Shown here: positions 1 through 9,341 of the stretch, in pieces
How the letters are laid out: each line of letters opens with the position of its first letter
How positions within the stretch are numbered: position 1 is the stretch's first letter
Origin: a virus
Lineage: Duplodnaviria > Caudoviricetes
Length of the DNA: 64,000 nucleotides
Virus record (IMG/VR): IMGVR_UViG_3300019371_000265
Location: 62,320-126,319 of that record
Strand: one strand, 5' to 3'
The notes under the pieces: model-generated
The model's database searches: none
Told to the model about the DNA's origin: nothing
The model's input: only the letters and a program-made list of their open reading frames with translations
Program-made: the position numbers and the translations under genes

Positions 1-201
1 ATACACATACTTTTTAGGATTTATTTATCTGACCTCATATCCCTCTGCCCTTGCGTAGCTATTGTTAGGGTAATGGCTGATATTACACCAATAAACCTGT
101 AACATAGGTAACACTACTCCAATTACTCCAGATAATACCGTTATTACATATGTGTATTGTCATTGTGCTTGTCGTGCCGTTCAATCAGGGATTACATGTG
201 G

Positions 202-245
202 GAACAAATGTTTCGGATTGAGTTTCCGGTGAAATGTGATAGAAT
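202..245 (+). promoter_or_regulatory. LexA/SOS-box-like site with adjacent sigmaA-like promoter
   Basis: GAACAAATGTTT at 202-213; TTGAGT(218-223)-16 nt-TAGAAT(240-245) with extended TG. Confidence 0.4.
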
Positions 246-321
246 GATTTTGACGTTATCTATACGCTTCACATTTGTTCTGGGAGTGGCAGGAAGTTTG
301 AGGCTTCCCGCCGTTTGGTGA

Positions 322-423
322 TTAACTTATGTATTCCAGATACTCGGATTCCGTTGCAAATAGTTGGTAGCTGTTATTGACGTAACCCATGTAACCGGAA
401 GCAACATAGTAGCCTTTAGGCAT
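322..423 (-). CDS. 33-aa phage early protein MPKGYYVASGYMGYVNNSYQLFATESEYLEYIS
   Basis: Manual translation; strong SD GGGAGGTGA before ATG; below the ORF-track cutoff. Confidence 0.75.
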   Translation of the reverse strand: MPKGYYVASGYMGYVNNSYQLFATESEYLEYIS

Positions 424-571
424 TCATATCACCTCCCATATGTAATTTTGGTTGAGTCTGACAGTTGGTAGCTGTTGGACTCTTTTCCGTTCTATGGTGG
501 AAACAAGCGTTTCACTTGTTGATTGGTCTATTTGCTTTGATGCTACAGGCTCGCCCTGATAGACCGTTATT

Positions 572-730
572 TCATTCTTCCCAAATACCGCTTATACTGT
601 CTATGGTGTAGCCTTTCTTTTTGAAATGAGATTGCACCTTCTTTTGCGTACACTCTTGGCTACAGTAAAACCTATGATACGTTGGCTCACCTTCTGAAAC
701 AGTTGTCACTGTGTAATAATATCTTGTCAT
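572..730 (-). CDS. 52-aa hypothetical early protein
   Basis: SD AAGGAGGG then ATG ACA AGA TAT TAT, open to TGA at 572-574. Confidence 0.65.
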   Translation of the reverse strand: MTRYYYTVTTVSEGEPTYHRFYCSQECTQKKVQSHFKKKGYTIDSISGIWEE

Positions 731-813
731 TTTAAATCCCTCCTTATTTAATTTGTAATAGCCTGTGTGGGAATTGCACCCACCCCCATGATGTTCTACG
801 GGTAAGACTTGAG

Positions 814-1002
814 TTAAGGCTTAATGTTTAGGTATGGCTTAATGTTGATTGTGTCGGAAATGTCGGACAGTTTGGAACAAAGAACGTTTTCTATTTCCTC
901 ATTGATGTTTACAGGAAATGCGAGTGATTTGAATACCTTCTTGCACTTCTTTACAATCTCGTCTTGGATTGCTTGCGGTAGCTGACATACGTATACTGCC
1001 AT
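814..1002 (-). CDS. Hypothetical early protein
   Basis: ORF track; SD AAGGAGG. Confidence 0.75.
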   Translation of the reverse strand: MAVYVCQLPQAIQDEIVKKCKKVFKSLAFPVNINEEIENVLCSKLSDISDTINIKPYLNIKP

Positions 1003-1015
1003 GATGGAAACCTCC

Positions 1016-1219
1016 TTAACATGTTTTTAAAAACACTCTTTCGGAAAATTTGTATTTTCCTGTTTCGTCGTTTAAAGGATAGTAAAACACTTGACATTCC
1101 CCGTCTGTTTCAATTAATCGCTTACGTGCAATTTTCTTAATCTCATTAAGGCTGTCGGCATAACCTAGAGTTTCTTTCCCGTCATATAAATCTACGACCT
1201 TAAATTTCTTATTTTCCAT
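1016..1219 (-). CDS. Hypothetical early protein (MENKKFKVVDLYD...)
   Basis: ORF track 1016..1309; SD AAAGGAGG supports ATG at 1219. Confidence 0.75.
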   Translation of the reverse strand: MENKKFKVVDLYDGKETLGYADSLNEIKKIARKRLIETDGECQVFYYPLNDETGKYKFSERVFLKTC

Positions 1220-1470
1220 ATGCAATCCTCCTTTAATAAGTGATTGTGAAAATAAATAATCAACACCTATGTAGCAATCGCCACCTTTTAGCCTCAACCT
1301 AAATGACACAATGATTTAGGAATGCAAATTTTAAATACAAGATTTTGTATTTACGTCCTAGCAGTTTATAAGGCTTCACCGTCCGCAAGTTTCATATTGA
1401 TTATTTAATTTTGAAATGCCTAGTCAGGACTTGACACCTGACTGAACGTTTGGCGTTTAGGCTTGTAGTT

Positions 1471-1629
1471 CTATTCAACAATTTCTGTAAAATAATTTTC
1501 CAGTACAACTTTATCGCCTATTTGTAATTGGTCTTTGCTTACTGTTGAAATACCTCTAACAGAATTATCTTTCTTGCTGAATGTATTAGATTCCATTTCC
1601 ATAATTTCATTAATAGTAATTGTCCTCAT
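1471..1629 (-). CDS. Hypothetical early protein (MRTITINE...)
   Basis: SD AAAGGCGG supports ATG at 1629. Confidence 0.7.
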   Translation of the reverse strand: MRTITINEIMEMESNTFSKKDNSVRGISTVSKDQLQIGDKVVLENYFTEIVE

Positions 1630-1688
1630 ATGATTACCGCCTTTCGATTGACTTGTTTGTGTGTATTTGTATCTCTTAACTTGATATA

Positions 1689-1773
1689 AGTATACCATAT
1701 TGCTTTACTTTAGTCAATACTTTTATTGTACTTTATAAAAACAATTTACTTTTGTATTCTGATATGATATACT
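1689..1773. promoter_or_regulatory. Back-to-back sigmaA promoters
   Basis: Minus strand TTGACT-17-TATACT (1717..1689); plus strand TTTACT-17-TATACT (1745..1773); both have extended TG. Confidence 0.7.
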
Positions 1774-1804
1774 GAAAGACTACCAACGAAAGGAGTAATA
1801 TACC

Positions 1805-2011
1805 ATGAATGAATTAGCATGTATTGTGAGTGACTATATTGACCGTAAAGGCATTAAGAAGCAACACATAGCGGATAGTATTGGATTGACCAAACAAGGC
1901 TTATATGGCTTAATGAGGAAGAAACAATTCGGAGTGGCTGAAGCTAATCGGATATTGAATGCTATTGACTGTCAATTGATGATTGGCATAGTACCAATGG
2001 ACAAAGAGTAA
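1805..2011 (+). CDS. XRE/Cro-like HTH regulator
   Basis: GIKKQHIADSIGLTKQGLY helix-turn-helix pattern; SD AAGGAG. Confidence 0.8.
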   Translation: MNELACIVSDYIDRKGIKKQHIADSIGLTKQGLYGLMRKKQFGVAEANRILNAIDCQLMIGIVPMDKE

Positions 2012-2052
2012 TGTTTGACTTATATGGCTGTCATATGGTGCGTCTGACGAAC

Positions 2053-2105
2053 AGAACATTTGTTTGTCTGGGATAATAATATCATAGTGGAAATGTGATT
2101 GTCAA
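2053..2105 (-). promoter_or_regulatory. Leftward sigmaA promoter with SOS-box-like site just downstream
   Basis: TTGACA(2105-2100)-18 nt-TATTAT(2081-2076) with TG; AGAACATTTGTTTG at 2053-2066. Confidence 0.5.
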
Positions 2106-2439
2106 TAGAGGGAAATAAAACGCTTAATATCTATAAATGGATATTATTTATTGATGAATGAAACTATAATATGTGGTTATAGATTGATGTATCTATATAA
2201 GATATGGTTATGAGTTGGGATTGAGCGTGGAATGGTGATGGTGAAATGGATCTGAATGAATATATAAGATGTATTTATGTGTGACTGGATTATTATAAGT
2301 TATGATTATGATTAGATTACGTTGTGATTACAACGGAAATGGTGATTCATAGTGATGTAATATAGATATGACTAGTGGAATATAGTTCACAATTGAACTA
2401 TTATGGTGCAGATGTGTCATACTATATTACATATAGCAT

Positions 2440-2565
2440 TGTGGATATCTTTGTGGATTATTTGTTGATATGTGGATAAGTATGTGGATAAGTATATATT
2501 ATACAGCGTATAGTATTGTGGATAGCTAGGAATAATTGTGGATAACTTTAATTCAGTTGTACACA
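2440..2565. repeat. DnaA-box cluster
   Basis: Perfect TGTGGATAA at 2471, 2483, 2537; one-mismatch boxes at 2440, 2452, 2517; inverted TTGTACACA at 2557. Confidence 0.85.
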
Positions 2566-3553
2566 ACCAAATATATCCGAACGATTTTATATGTCTGACA
2601 ACTCGCTCCATTATCAATCCACCTGACACAATATTTTGACCACTATATCAGGAATTACTACCAATATTATCACCTGATTTAAGCCATTCACAACGTTCTT
2701 TTATGATGGAAAACCACGTTACCATGAAACAATGCCCATAGGTGGGGGATATTTTACATTTGAACCGGACTAATACCAGGTCAAAAGTCGTCTATCTATT
2801 CCACGCACACCTCACCTATAATTTTCCATTATTGTCAGATAACTCACCATCAAATTTACCCAAATACTTCGGATATACCTTCGAGCAGTACCCATATTTA
2901 AGCCAAAAAATGAATTGTGTCTCACCTCACACAATTTAAAATGACCACTCAAACACCCAACAAATCCCATAGATAAGCCAGATTCTCGAACCCGACCACT
3001 TTTTACATTATCCACCAGATCTGCTAAATAATTAATTCAGAAATATTACTTCTCATACACCCAACAAACGTAACTACAACAAGCGTTTCTTCCATGTTTT
3101 AGATCATAATTTCAACCTCTCTCCCGAACCCTGGCTATTTTAATTTTAATACAACTCACTTCACCAAGTTAAACTAAATTGTACACAAAATGATACACAA
3201 TATTACTGAATCATGCCTCCAGCATCAAGCACTTCCTATATATAAGCCAAAAATAAATGTGTTAAAATTTATACATCTACAGACACCTCTCAGCAGCTAT
3301 ATATATCACCCATATAAATCTAATATCCCATCTAATTACCACTCTCTCATTACCATAATACTCACAAAGCGTTATATGACACGTAAATCGTCTTAACCTC
3401 TCATTGGCACATTTATCCACTGAATCTATTTTGAACGGAATATGAGTATCATATGACGGTCAAACAACTATATTCTTCTTATGTCTATATAACGCCAGTT
3501 CAGCAGCAAGAATATAGGTGTAAAAATTAATTTTAATAGTTTGAAATAAAATG

Positions 3554-3582
3554 TTGACATGGTGATATATGGGTGCTATACT
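3554..3582 (+). promoter_or_regulatory. Strong sigmaA promoter for the rightward rep-yonO operon
   Basis: TTGACA-17-TATACT with extended TG. Confidence 0.75.
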
Positions 3583-3906
3583 ATGGATAGGTAATAGATG
3601 GAAATAAAATTTAGCAAGGAGGTATGGGTATGATTACATTCATAGATAACAGCATCTACAGACAGGTACTCTACTGAAAAATATTCAACTATACATATAA
3701 GGTATTTGGCGATACCAGTTAAAACAGGACTTGAAGTTTGTATCAGATTAATAATCCAGATAAAATGTAACAGAAAATTATGTAAGGAAAATATAGATGA
3801 TAAAGGTGTTTTTCTGCGAAGATTTAACGTGAGTTAAGTCGAAGCAATAAGTACTCTTTTTATATATATTCTTTCTTTACAGGGGACTGTAAAAATTAAT
3901 GGTGAA

Positions 3907-3949
3907 AATGTCACTGTCTAACACCAAAATTACCTCAGACAGTGACATT
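3907..3949. repeat. 13-bp perfect inverted repeat upstream of the Rep-like gene
   Basis: AATGTCACTGTCT-17 nt-AGACAGTGACATT. Confidence 0.7.
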
Positions 3950-4121
3950 AAAACGTACTATGGAAATTTTATAAGGCAAAGGAGATGGAATTTTTATTGA
4001 AGAAAAAAGTAAGGACAAAGGATAATCTAGTTTCAGTCCTAGATATTTGTAGCTATGAGTGGAAGTTTAAATTATTACAAAAGGAATACACGTCTCCTAT
4101 TAATGGGAAGGTGAATGAGCC

Positions 4122-4925
4122 TTGCAGTTCGTAAAAGTACCAAGGGAACTAATTTATGCAAGCACAGTTAGTGAGAAGCGAGCTTCATGTTTCTCCTACC
4201 TGATATTTAATTCTACTCTTCAAGACACGGTTGCTTACAGCGCAAAACAAATAATAACGTGGTGTGGATTTAAGCCAAACTGGAATCGCAGTAAAACCAA
4301 AGCAAACATATACGATAAATTCTTAGACTGTATGACCTGGATATACCAAAATGGATACATCTTAAATTTTGAAGATACTGAATTTACCGGAAACAACTAC
4401 TGTTACTCACTTCTCAATACAGATAAAATGTTTCCATCAGATAATTTTGGAATAATTTATGATTTTGAAATTGAGAAAATAAAGAATTACAAATCAAAAT
4501 ACAGGACTCTCACTCAAAGCACTATATTGCTTATACTCTCATACATAAGAGTTAATCTATGGAAGCGGAGCGCTAATTTAGAATTTCAGGAAGAAAAGTT
4601 AAAAAAAGAAAAGCCTGAAATATGCAATAAACAAATATTGGAAATATCAAATGACATTGGGATTTCAGAAAGATTAATTTCTCGCTCCATAGATATTTTG
4701 GTCGAGTTAGACATTATTGACATGTCACCTATGCCACGATTCCAAGACGAACTGGGGAACTGGCACACTGAAGATAGCATATTTGTGAATAAATATAAGT
4801 TCATAAGAAACGAACATGGAGTAATTATAAAAGATAACTCCTATGATTATGAAAGTGAATTAAGTAATGGAATCGATTTTATTAGAAAACGAAAATATGT
4901 TAGTAGAAAATTTTATCAAAAATAA
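4122..4925 (+). CDS. Putative winged-helix replication initiator-like protein
   Basis: N-terminal FVKVPRELI and C-terminal wHTH-like ISNDIGISERLISRSIDILVELDII; TTG start with SD GAAGGTGA. Confidence 0.5.
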   Translation: MQFVKVPRELIYASTVSEKRASCFSYLIFNSTLQDTVAYSAKQIITWCGFKPNWNRSKTKANIYDKFLDCMTWIYQNGYILNFEDTEFTGNNYCYSLLNTDKMFPSDNFGIIYDFEIEKIKNYKSKYRTLTQSTILLILSYIRVNLWKRSANLEFQEEKLKKEKPEICNKQILEISNDIGISERLISRSIDILVELDIIDMSPMPRFQDELGNWHTEDSIFVNKYKFIRNEHGVIIKDNSYDYESELSNGIDFIRKRKYVSRKFYQK

Positions 4926-4944
4926 TAAGGAGAAAATACATACA

Positions 4945-5145
4945 ATGACAAAAACTAAGAAGACCACACCAAGCCCAGTTCCATCAAGAGAGGAATTTCA
5001 CAGAGAATTTGCAGGATTTGTATCAGAAAGAGACTTTGAATCAGACGAGCGTTATGGATATCGTACATATGGATACTCTTATCCAACACTAACAGAGTAT
5101 AAAAACCGTAAATCACGCAACAAATCACAGGGAGGAAATAAATAA
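4945..5145 (+). CDS. Hypothetical protein
   Basis: SD AAGGAG supports ATG at 4945. Confidence 0.65.
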   Translation: MTKTKKTTPSPVPSREEFHREFAGFVSERDFESDERYGYRTYGYSYPTLTEYKNRKSRNKSQGGNK

Positions 5146-5146
5146 T

Positions 5147-5452
5147 ATGACTACTATTGAACACAACCAGGACAACAATAATGAAAACTGTATTGAATTT
5201 CTTACAAACATGCGTAAAATTTCATTCACATTCACAGCTCGTAAGTGGATCAACAAGGTAAAGAAGTTAAAAGAGGAACATCCAGATGACATTGACTATG
5301 TGGAGAATCCTGATGGCAGTATCTTCGGTCACGCACCTATAAAATATTTTAAGTTGTCGGCTCCACGAAAAGTTGAATTATCTGAAGAACAGAAAATTGA
5401 GCGTGCTGCCAGAATGAGAACTATTGCAAAAAATAGAATTGATAACAAATAA
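5147..5452 (+). CDS. Hypothetical phage protein
   Basis: ORF track; SD GGAGG. Confidence 0.75.
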   Translation: MTTIEHNQDNNNENCIEFLTNMRKISFTFTARKWINKVKKLKEEHPDDIDYVENPDGSIFGHAPIKYFKLSAPRKVELSEEQKIERAARMRTIAKNRIDNK

Positions 5453-5596
5453 CATTGGCATGTTGAAAACTACAAGATGAGTATTCAAATCAAGCATCAA
5501 TTTCGGCTCAAACATATGAGCATGAACATTTTATCACTAACTACTTAAAACCGTAAATCGGTACAAATTTTATGAGAATATAAAGGAGAATATGAA

Positions 5597-5917
5597 ATGC
5601 CAAATTATAAGAAATTAACAAGTGTAGAGGTATCTGTAAATGAGAATTATGCAATTATCGCAGAAGTAAATAATGATGAAGTAGATACAAATAAATTCCA
5701 CTGTGATTTATGGATTCAGGATACGGAAGCTGGTTTAAGAATCCTGATCAAAGAAAATGTAATCGTAAACTCATCTCCCGCTTCTATGTGCGACAAGGTT
5801 GCAGGATATCTTGAAACTCTGATTAACAATGGATATTTCAGCGATGATGTCAAGACTATGGAAAACTTTATCAGCTACGTCGAAAAATTAAAAGACACTG
5901 TTAATAGTTTGAAATAA
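5597..5917 (+). CDS. Hypothetical protein
   Basis: ORF track; SD AAGGAG. Confidence 0.75.
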   Translation: MPNYKKLTSVEVSVNENYAIIAEVNNDEVDTNKFHCDLWIQDTEAGLRILIKENVIVNSSPASMCDKVAGYLETLINNGYFSDDVKTMENFISYVEKLKDTVNSLK

Positions 5918-6022
5918 AATTGATCGATTACATAAAAGGCATTGGCGTGCCTGTAGAACAAGACTTTGATGCAGAAATAAAATCCATTATAAAATAAAAA
6001 TAACTAGATAAGGGAGCATTTA

Positions 6023-9016
6023 ATGAACAATATAAATAGAGATGTTCGTTCAAAATACTCTACATATGGGAACGGGAAATCCATAATTGAAATTTTGAAC
6101 ATAGGATTTGAGCCACTATTAACAAAAAGGGAATACAGGATATACAAAGAAATCGGTGAGATTAAGTATAGAATCAATCCATATAAAAAATCGCTTGCAT
6201 TTATTGAATCAAAATTAGAAGATCCAAGTAACTCAAGTTATTATAATAAATGGCTTGAAGGATGGATTCCAGCATTAAAAGGCAAACTTAAAATTCTAAA
6301 AGACATTGAAAAGAAAAAAGATGATCAATTCAGAACTTTGCTTGCCAAAAACATTAACAAATGCCGCACATTATATACAAAGAGAGAATTCAAAAACGAG
6401 GATCAATTTCGTAATATCAAGATTTTTGAAAGTGACTTAACACGGTGTTTTGGTTGTAAAGACATAGAGCACAGCGATGATATTATAAGTGTGGTTACAT
6501 ACTATACTGAAATTTTTGATTCAATTATACATAATGGATTTTATTACAAGGGTAAAAAGTTCGTATTCTTCACAGCTGGAGCAGGACAGACACGTTGTAA
6601 AAAAAGCACATTCGTTTCAGAAGACAAACTAAACGAAAACTTTAACCGTCTTTTCTGTGGACTCACCAGAGAAGAAATAAACAGACAAGGGGGTATGAAT
6701 ACAAATAAATACTTGGCATACACCAGTCTGTGTCAAACTAATAGTGAGATTTGGTCAGATTTCAATATTGATAGAGCAATTGTTGTTGATGATATAGAAT
6801 ATCAGGTTCCAGATCAGCAAGTTAGATATATTTATACTGAAAGTCCAGAAGACAAAGAAAAAGTAAGATTGCTACAAGACAAAATTGACGACATAGACAA
6901 TAGGCTAAGTCTGATAAGAGAAAATAGAAAATCTCGCCCAAGGGGGTGTAGACGTAAGAAAGACGAGATTTTGTTGGAGAAACAAGAGGTATGTCAAAAT
7001 ACAAATCAGAAAGTGTTTTTGATTGGTGAGATAAACAAGATAAAGTCAAAATATCACAAGTCTGAGATTAAAAATATGCCAATCACCATTCCATTTACCG
7101 ATGGATTTGGCATTTCTCTTAAAAAAACGGATTCATCAATGATAAGGTTGCCATTTATCAAAGGATTAATTGCTTACTGTCCTCGCAGAGTATTTATGAA
7201 TTGGTGTTCAGAAAATAATATTCCAATACACCAAATTGTAGATATTTATGGTAAAAAGCATTCGATAACTGATGTGGATTATATTCTAACTAAATCACAA
7301 TTTAAGATGTGGAAGTATTATAACAACATAGAAGATGTTGATGGCAATGTGATTCAAACTGGATGGGAGGTTTACAAGGAGAATTTCAAAAAATATAAAT
7401 GTGATGCTTGTCGTTGCAACGTAGAAAGACATGTGAAATTAAACGCCAAGACAAATTATCAAACGCTACTTACTCTCACCACAGAAATGACTGATGATGA
7501 TATTCTTGAATTATCAAAATATGATATAACTAACTTAAACAGCATTGGTCGTAATGTGAACTCAATGTTAAATGTACTGGGAGCCGACGAAAAGAAAAAT
7601 GACAATCTCACATGGTTGCAGAAATCATTGATTATTTATCCTGAGATGTTAAAGGATTTTTATGTTAGAACTCTATTGAAAAACACCAAAGATAGTATGA
7701 TCAAAAAAATGAGAAGCGGAAAATTTAATATAAATGGTGCCTATACATTCGCTATACCAGACACATTAGCATGCTTGCAGTGGTGGTTTACTGATACGGA
7801 CAAATCGAATTTAGATAATTTTGGTTTTGTAAAAGAAGGTAACGTTTCTTGTGGATTATTTGATGACGAGGAAGAAGTTGACTGTCTCAGATCACCACAT
7901 CTTGACCACGCCCACTGTATTAGAAAAAATCAAACTGATGAAAATTCTAAAAAGTGGATTAAGTCATCTGGCGTATATATCGCTATGAAAGATATAATGA
8001 GCAAACTTCTTATGTACGATAATGACGGAGACAAATTGCTCTTACATAATAACAAAACTATAATCAATTGTGCTAAATCGTTCCAAAAAAAATACGGTAT
8101 GATCCCAAACTATTATGATATGCCAAAGGCCAATCCACAATTATTAACGAATAATTCTTTATTTGAAGGTATTGTTATGGCTTATCATCATGGCAATATT
8201 GGAACCCCCAGTAATGAAATAACAAAAGTTTTTATGACTTTAAATCCTAATAGTACAAGAGATGAAATTATGGAAGCTATCGATGTTGTTGCGCTGCGGT
8301 GCGCGGATGTGAACTATACAATTGACTTCGCAAAGACCTTATACAAACCAACTATTCCAGACGATGTAATTGCAAGATATAAAAAATATAGTGGCAGGAA
8401 AGTACCTCATTTTTTTATTCATGCGAAGAATAAAAAAGCAGATCAAGTTGAAAAAATTGGAGAATGCAATATTGATAGAATTTCAAATGTCGTAAAAAGT
8501 AATCGGATTGTTTTCAAGGATTTACTAGGATCTTATTCTTATAAAATGCTCACAAGTGATCCAGAAAATGTTGTTGATATTAACGAAGGTAAAGCGGTTG
8601 AAATCTTAAATTTATATAATGAACTAAACGGCGTTAATATTAGGAAATTGTCGCATTTAGATGTGGATTCTATGGAGATTGATGAAAAGAAAAAAACTCA
8701 GCTTAACTTGGAATATGATTCAAAGAAACAAAGAGATTTATTTTTAGAAATAGTAAACGAGTCGGTAGAATACATAACAGATGTGCTTGTCAAAGGGTTA
8801 CAAAATGATGTAAATAAAGACACGCTGTGGAGATTATTTGGAGACGTTATTTATAGTAATCTGGAAAGGAATTTAAAGGGTACAAAAATATGCTGTAAAT
8901 GCAATAATAGATTTAATTCCAATAATAATAAAATGAAATATTGTATGAACTGTGCATATGAAAATCAATTGAATTTAACAAAGAAATATAAAGAAAAGAT
9001 CAAATCTTGCATCTAA
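6023..9016 (+). CDS. yonO: YonO-like single-subunit (double-psi barrel) DNA-dependent RNA polymerase
   Basis: Catalytic DxDGD (LMYDNDGDKLL), LRSPH, FTDGFG, IRLPFIKG, NYTIDFAKT, C-terminal Zn ribbon CCKC..YCMNC; directly upstream of the late genes as in SPbeta. Confidence 0.88.
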   Translation: MNNINRDVRSKYSTYGNGKSIIEILNIGFEPLLTKREYRIYKEIGEIKYRINPYKKSLAFIESKLEDPSNSSYYNKWLEGWIPALKGKLKILKDIEKKKDDQFRTLLAKNINKCRTLYTKREFKNEDQFRNIKIFESDLTRCFGCKDIEHSDDIISVVTYYTEIFDSIIHNGFYYKGKKFVFFTAGAGQTRCKKSTFVSEDKLNENFNRLFCGLTREEINRQGGMNTNKYLAYTSLCQTNSEIWSDFNIDRAIVVDDIEYQVPDQQVRYIYTESPEDKEKVRLLQDKIDDIDNRLSLIRENRKSRPRGCRRKKDEILLEKQEVCQNTNQKVFLIGEINKIKSKYHKSEIKNMPITIPFTDGFGISLKKTDSSMIRLPFIKGLIAYCPRRVFMNWCSENNIPIHQIVDIYGKKHSITDVDYILTKSQFKMWKYYNNIEDVDGNVIQTGWEVYKENFKKYKCDACRCNVERHVKLNAKTNYQTLLTLTTEMTDDDILELSKYDITNLNSIGRNVNSMLNVLGADEKKNDNLTWLQKSLIIYPEMLKDFYVRTLLKNTKDSMIKKMRSGKFNINGAYTFAIPDTLACLQWWFTDTDKSNLDNFGFVKEGNVSCGLFDDEEEVDCLRSPHLDHAHCIRKNQTDENSKKWIKSSGVYIAMKDIMSKLLMYDNDGDKLLLHNNKTIINCAKSFQKKYGMIPNYYDMPKANPQLLTNNSLFEGIVMAYHHGNIGTPSNEITKVFMTLNPNSTRDEIMEAIDVVALRCADVNYTIDFAKTLYKPTIPDDVIARYKKYSGRKVPHFFIHAKNKKADQVEKIGECNIDRISNVVKSNRIVFKDLLGSYSYKMLTSDPENVVDINEGKAVEILNLYNELNGVNIRKLSHLDVDSMEIDEKKKTQLNLEYDSKKQRDLFLEIVNESVEYITDVLVKGLQNDVNKDTLWRLFGDVIYSNLERNLKGTKICCKCNNRFNSNNNKMKYCMNCAYENQLNLTKKYKEKIKSCI

Positions 9017-9341
9017 ATGTTCTATTTATATCCATATTATTTGCAAAATAATAATAAAACCTAGTAAAATCAAGGGTTTAAGAGGTTTTTTATCATTCTC
9101 TTAAAATTGAGATAATTACATAAAGGGGGAGTGTAAAAATGTAATTAAAATGTCAGAACGTGGTTGCATTCCCCTCTCTACACAAAAGATATCTTATACT
9201 TCATTCTTCATATGCTCTGCGCTTGGCTTTATATTCTGAGTTGAGCGCAGACGCTCTCCTTAGTCGGCAGAATTGTCGGCTATTTTTAATTAAACTACTC
9301 TCCCATCGGGAGAAATATAAAATGAAAGCGAGTGAATTCTT

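Noticed and set aside
38-116. Possible ribozyme in the GC-richer segment at the window start
   Set aside because: Some pairing is possible, but no hammerhead, twister or pistol core matched and the context is truncated
2417-3396. Short ORFs in the non-coding tract
   Set aside because: No SD, biased composition, and one overlaps the DnaA boxes
3624-3837. Gene directly after the 3554 promoter
   Set aside because: The SD-linked ORF stops after 17 codons and a longer frame lacks a good start; possible pseudogene or leader peptide, not supportable
6023-9016. RNA-dependent RNA polymerase / RNAi-like call
   Set aside because: The motifs resemble eukaryotic RdRPs, but the context matches YonO, which is DNA-dependent
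9057-9079. AAACCTAGTAAAATCAAGGGTTT as an att-associated motif
   Set aside because: Single copy with no adjacent junction
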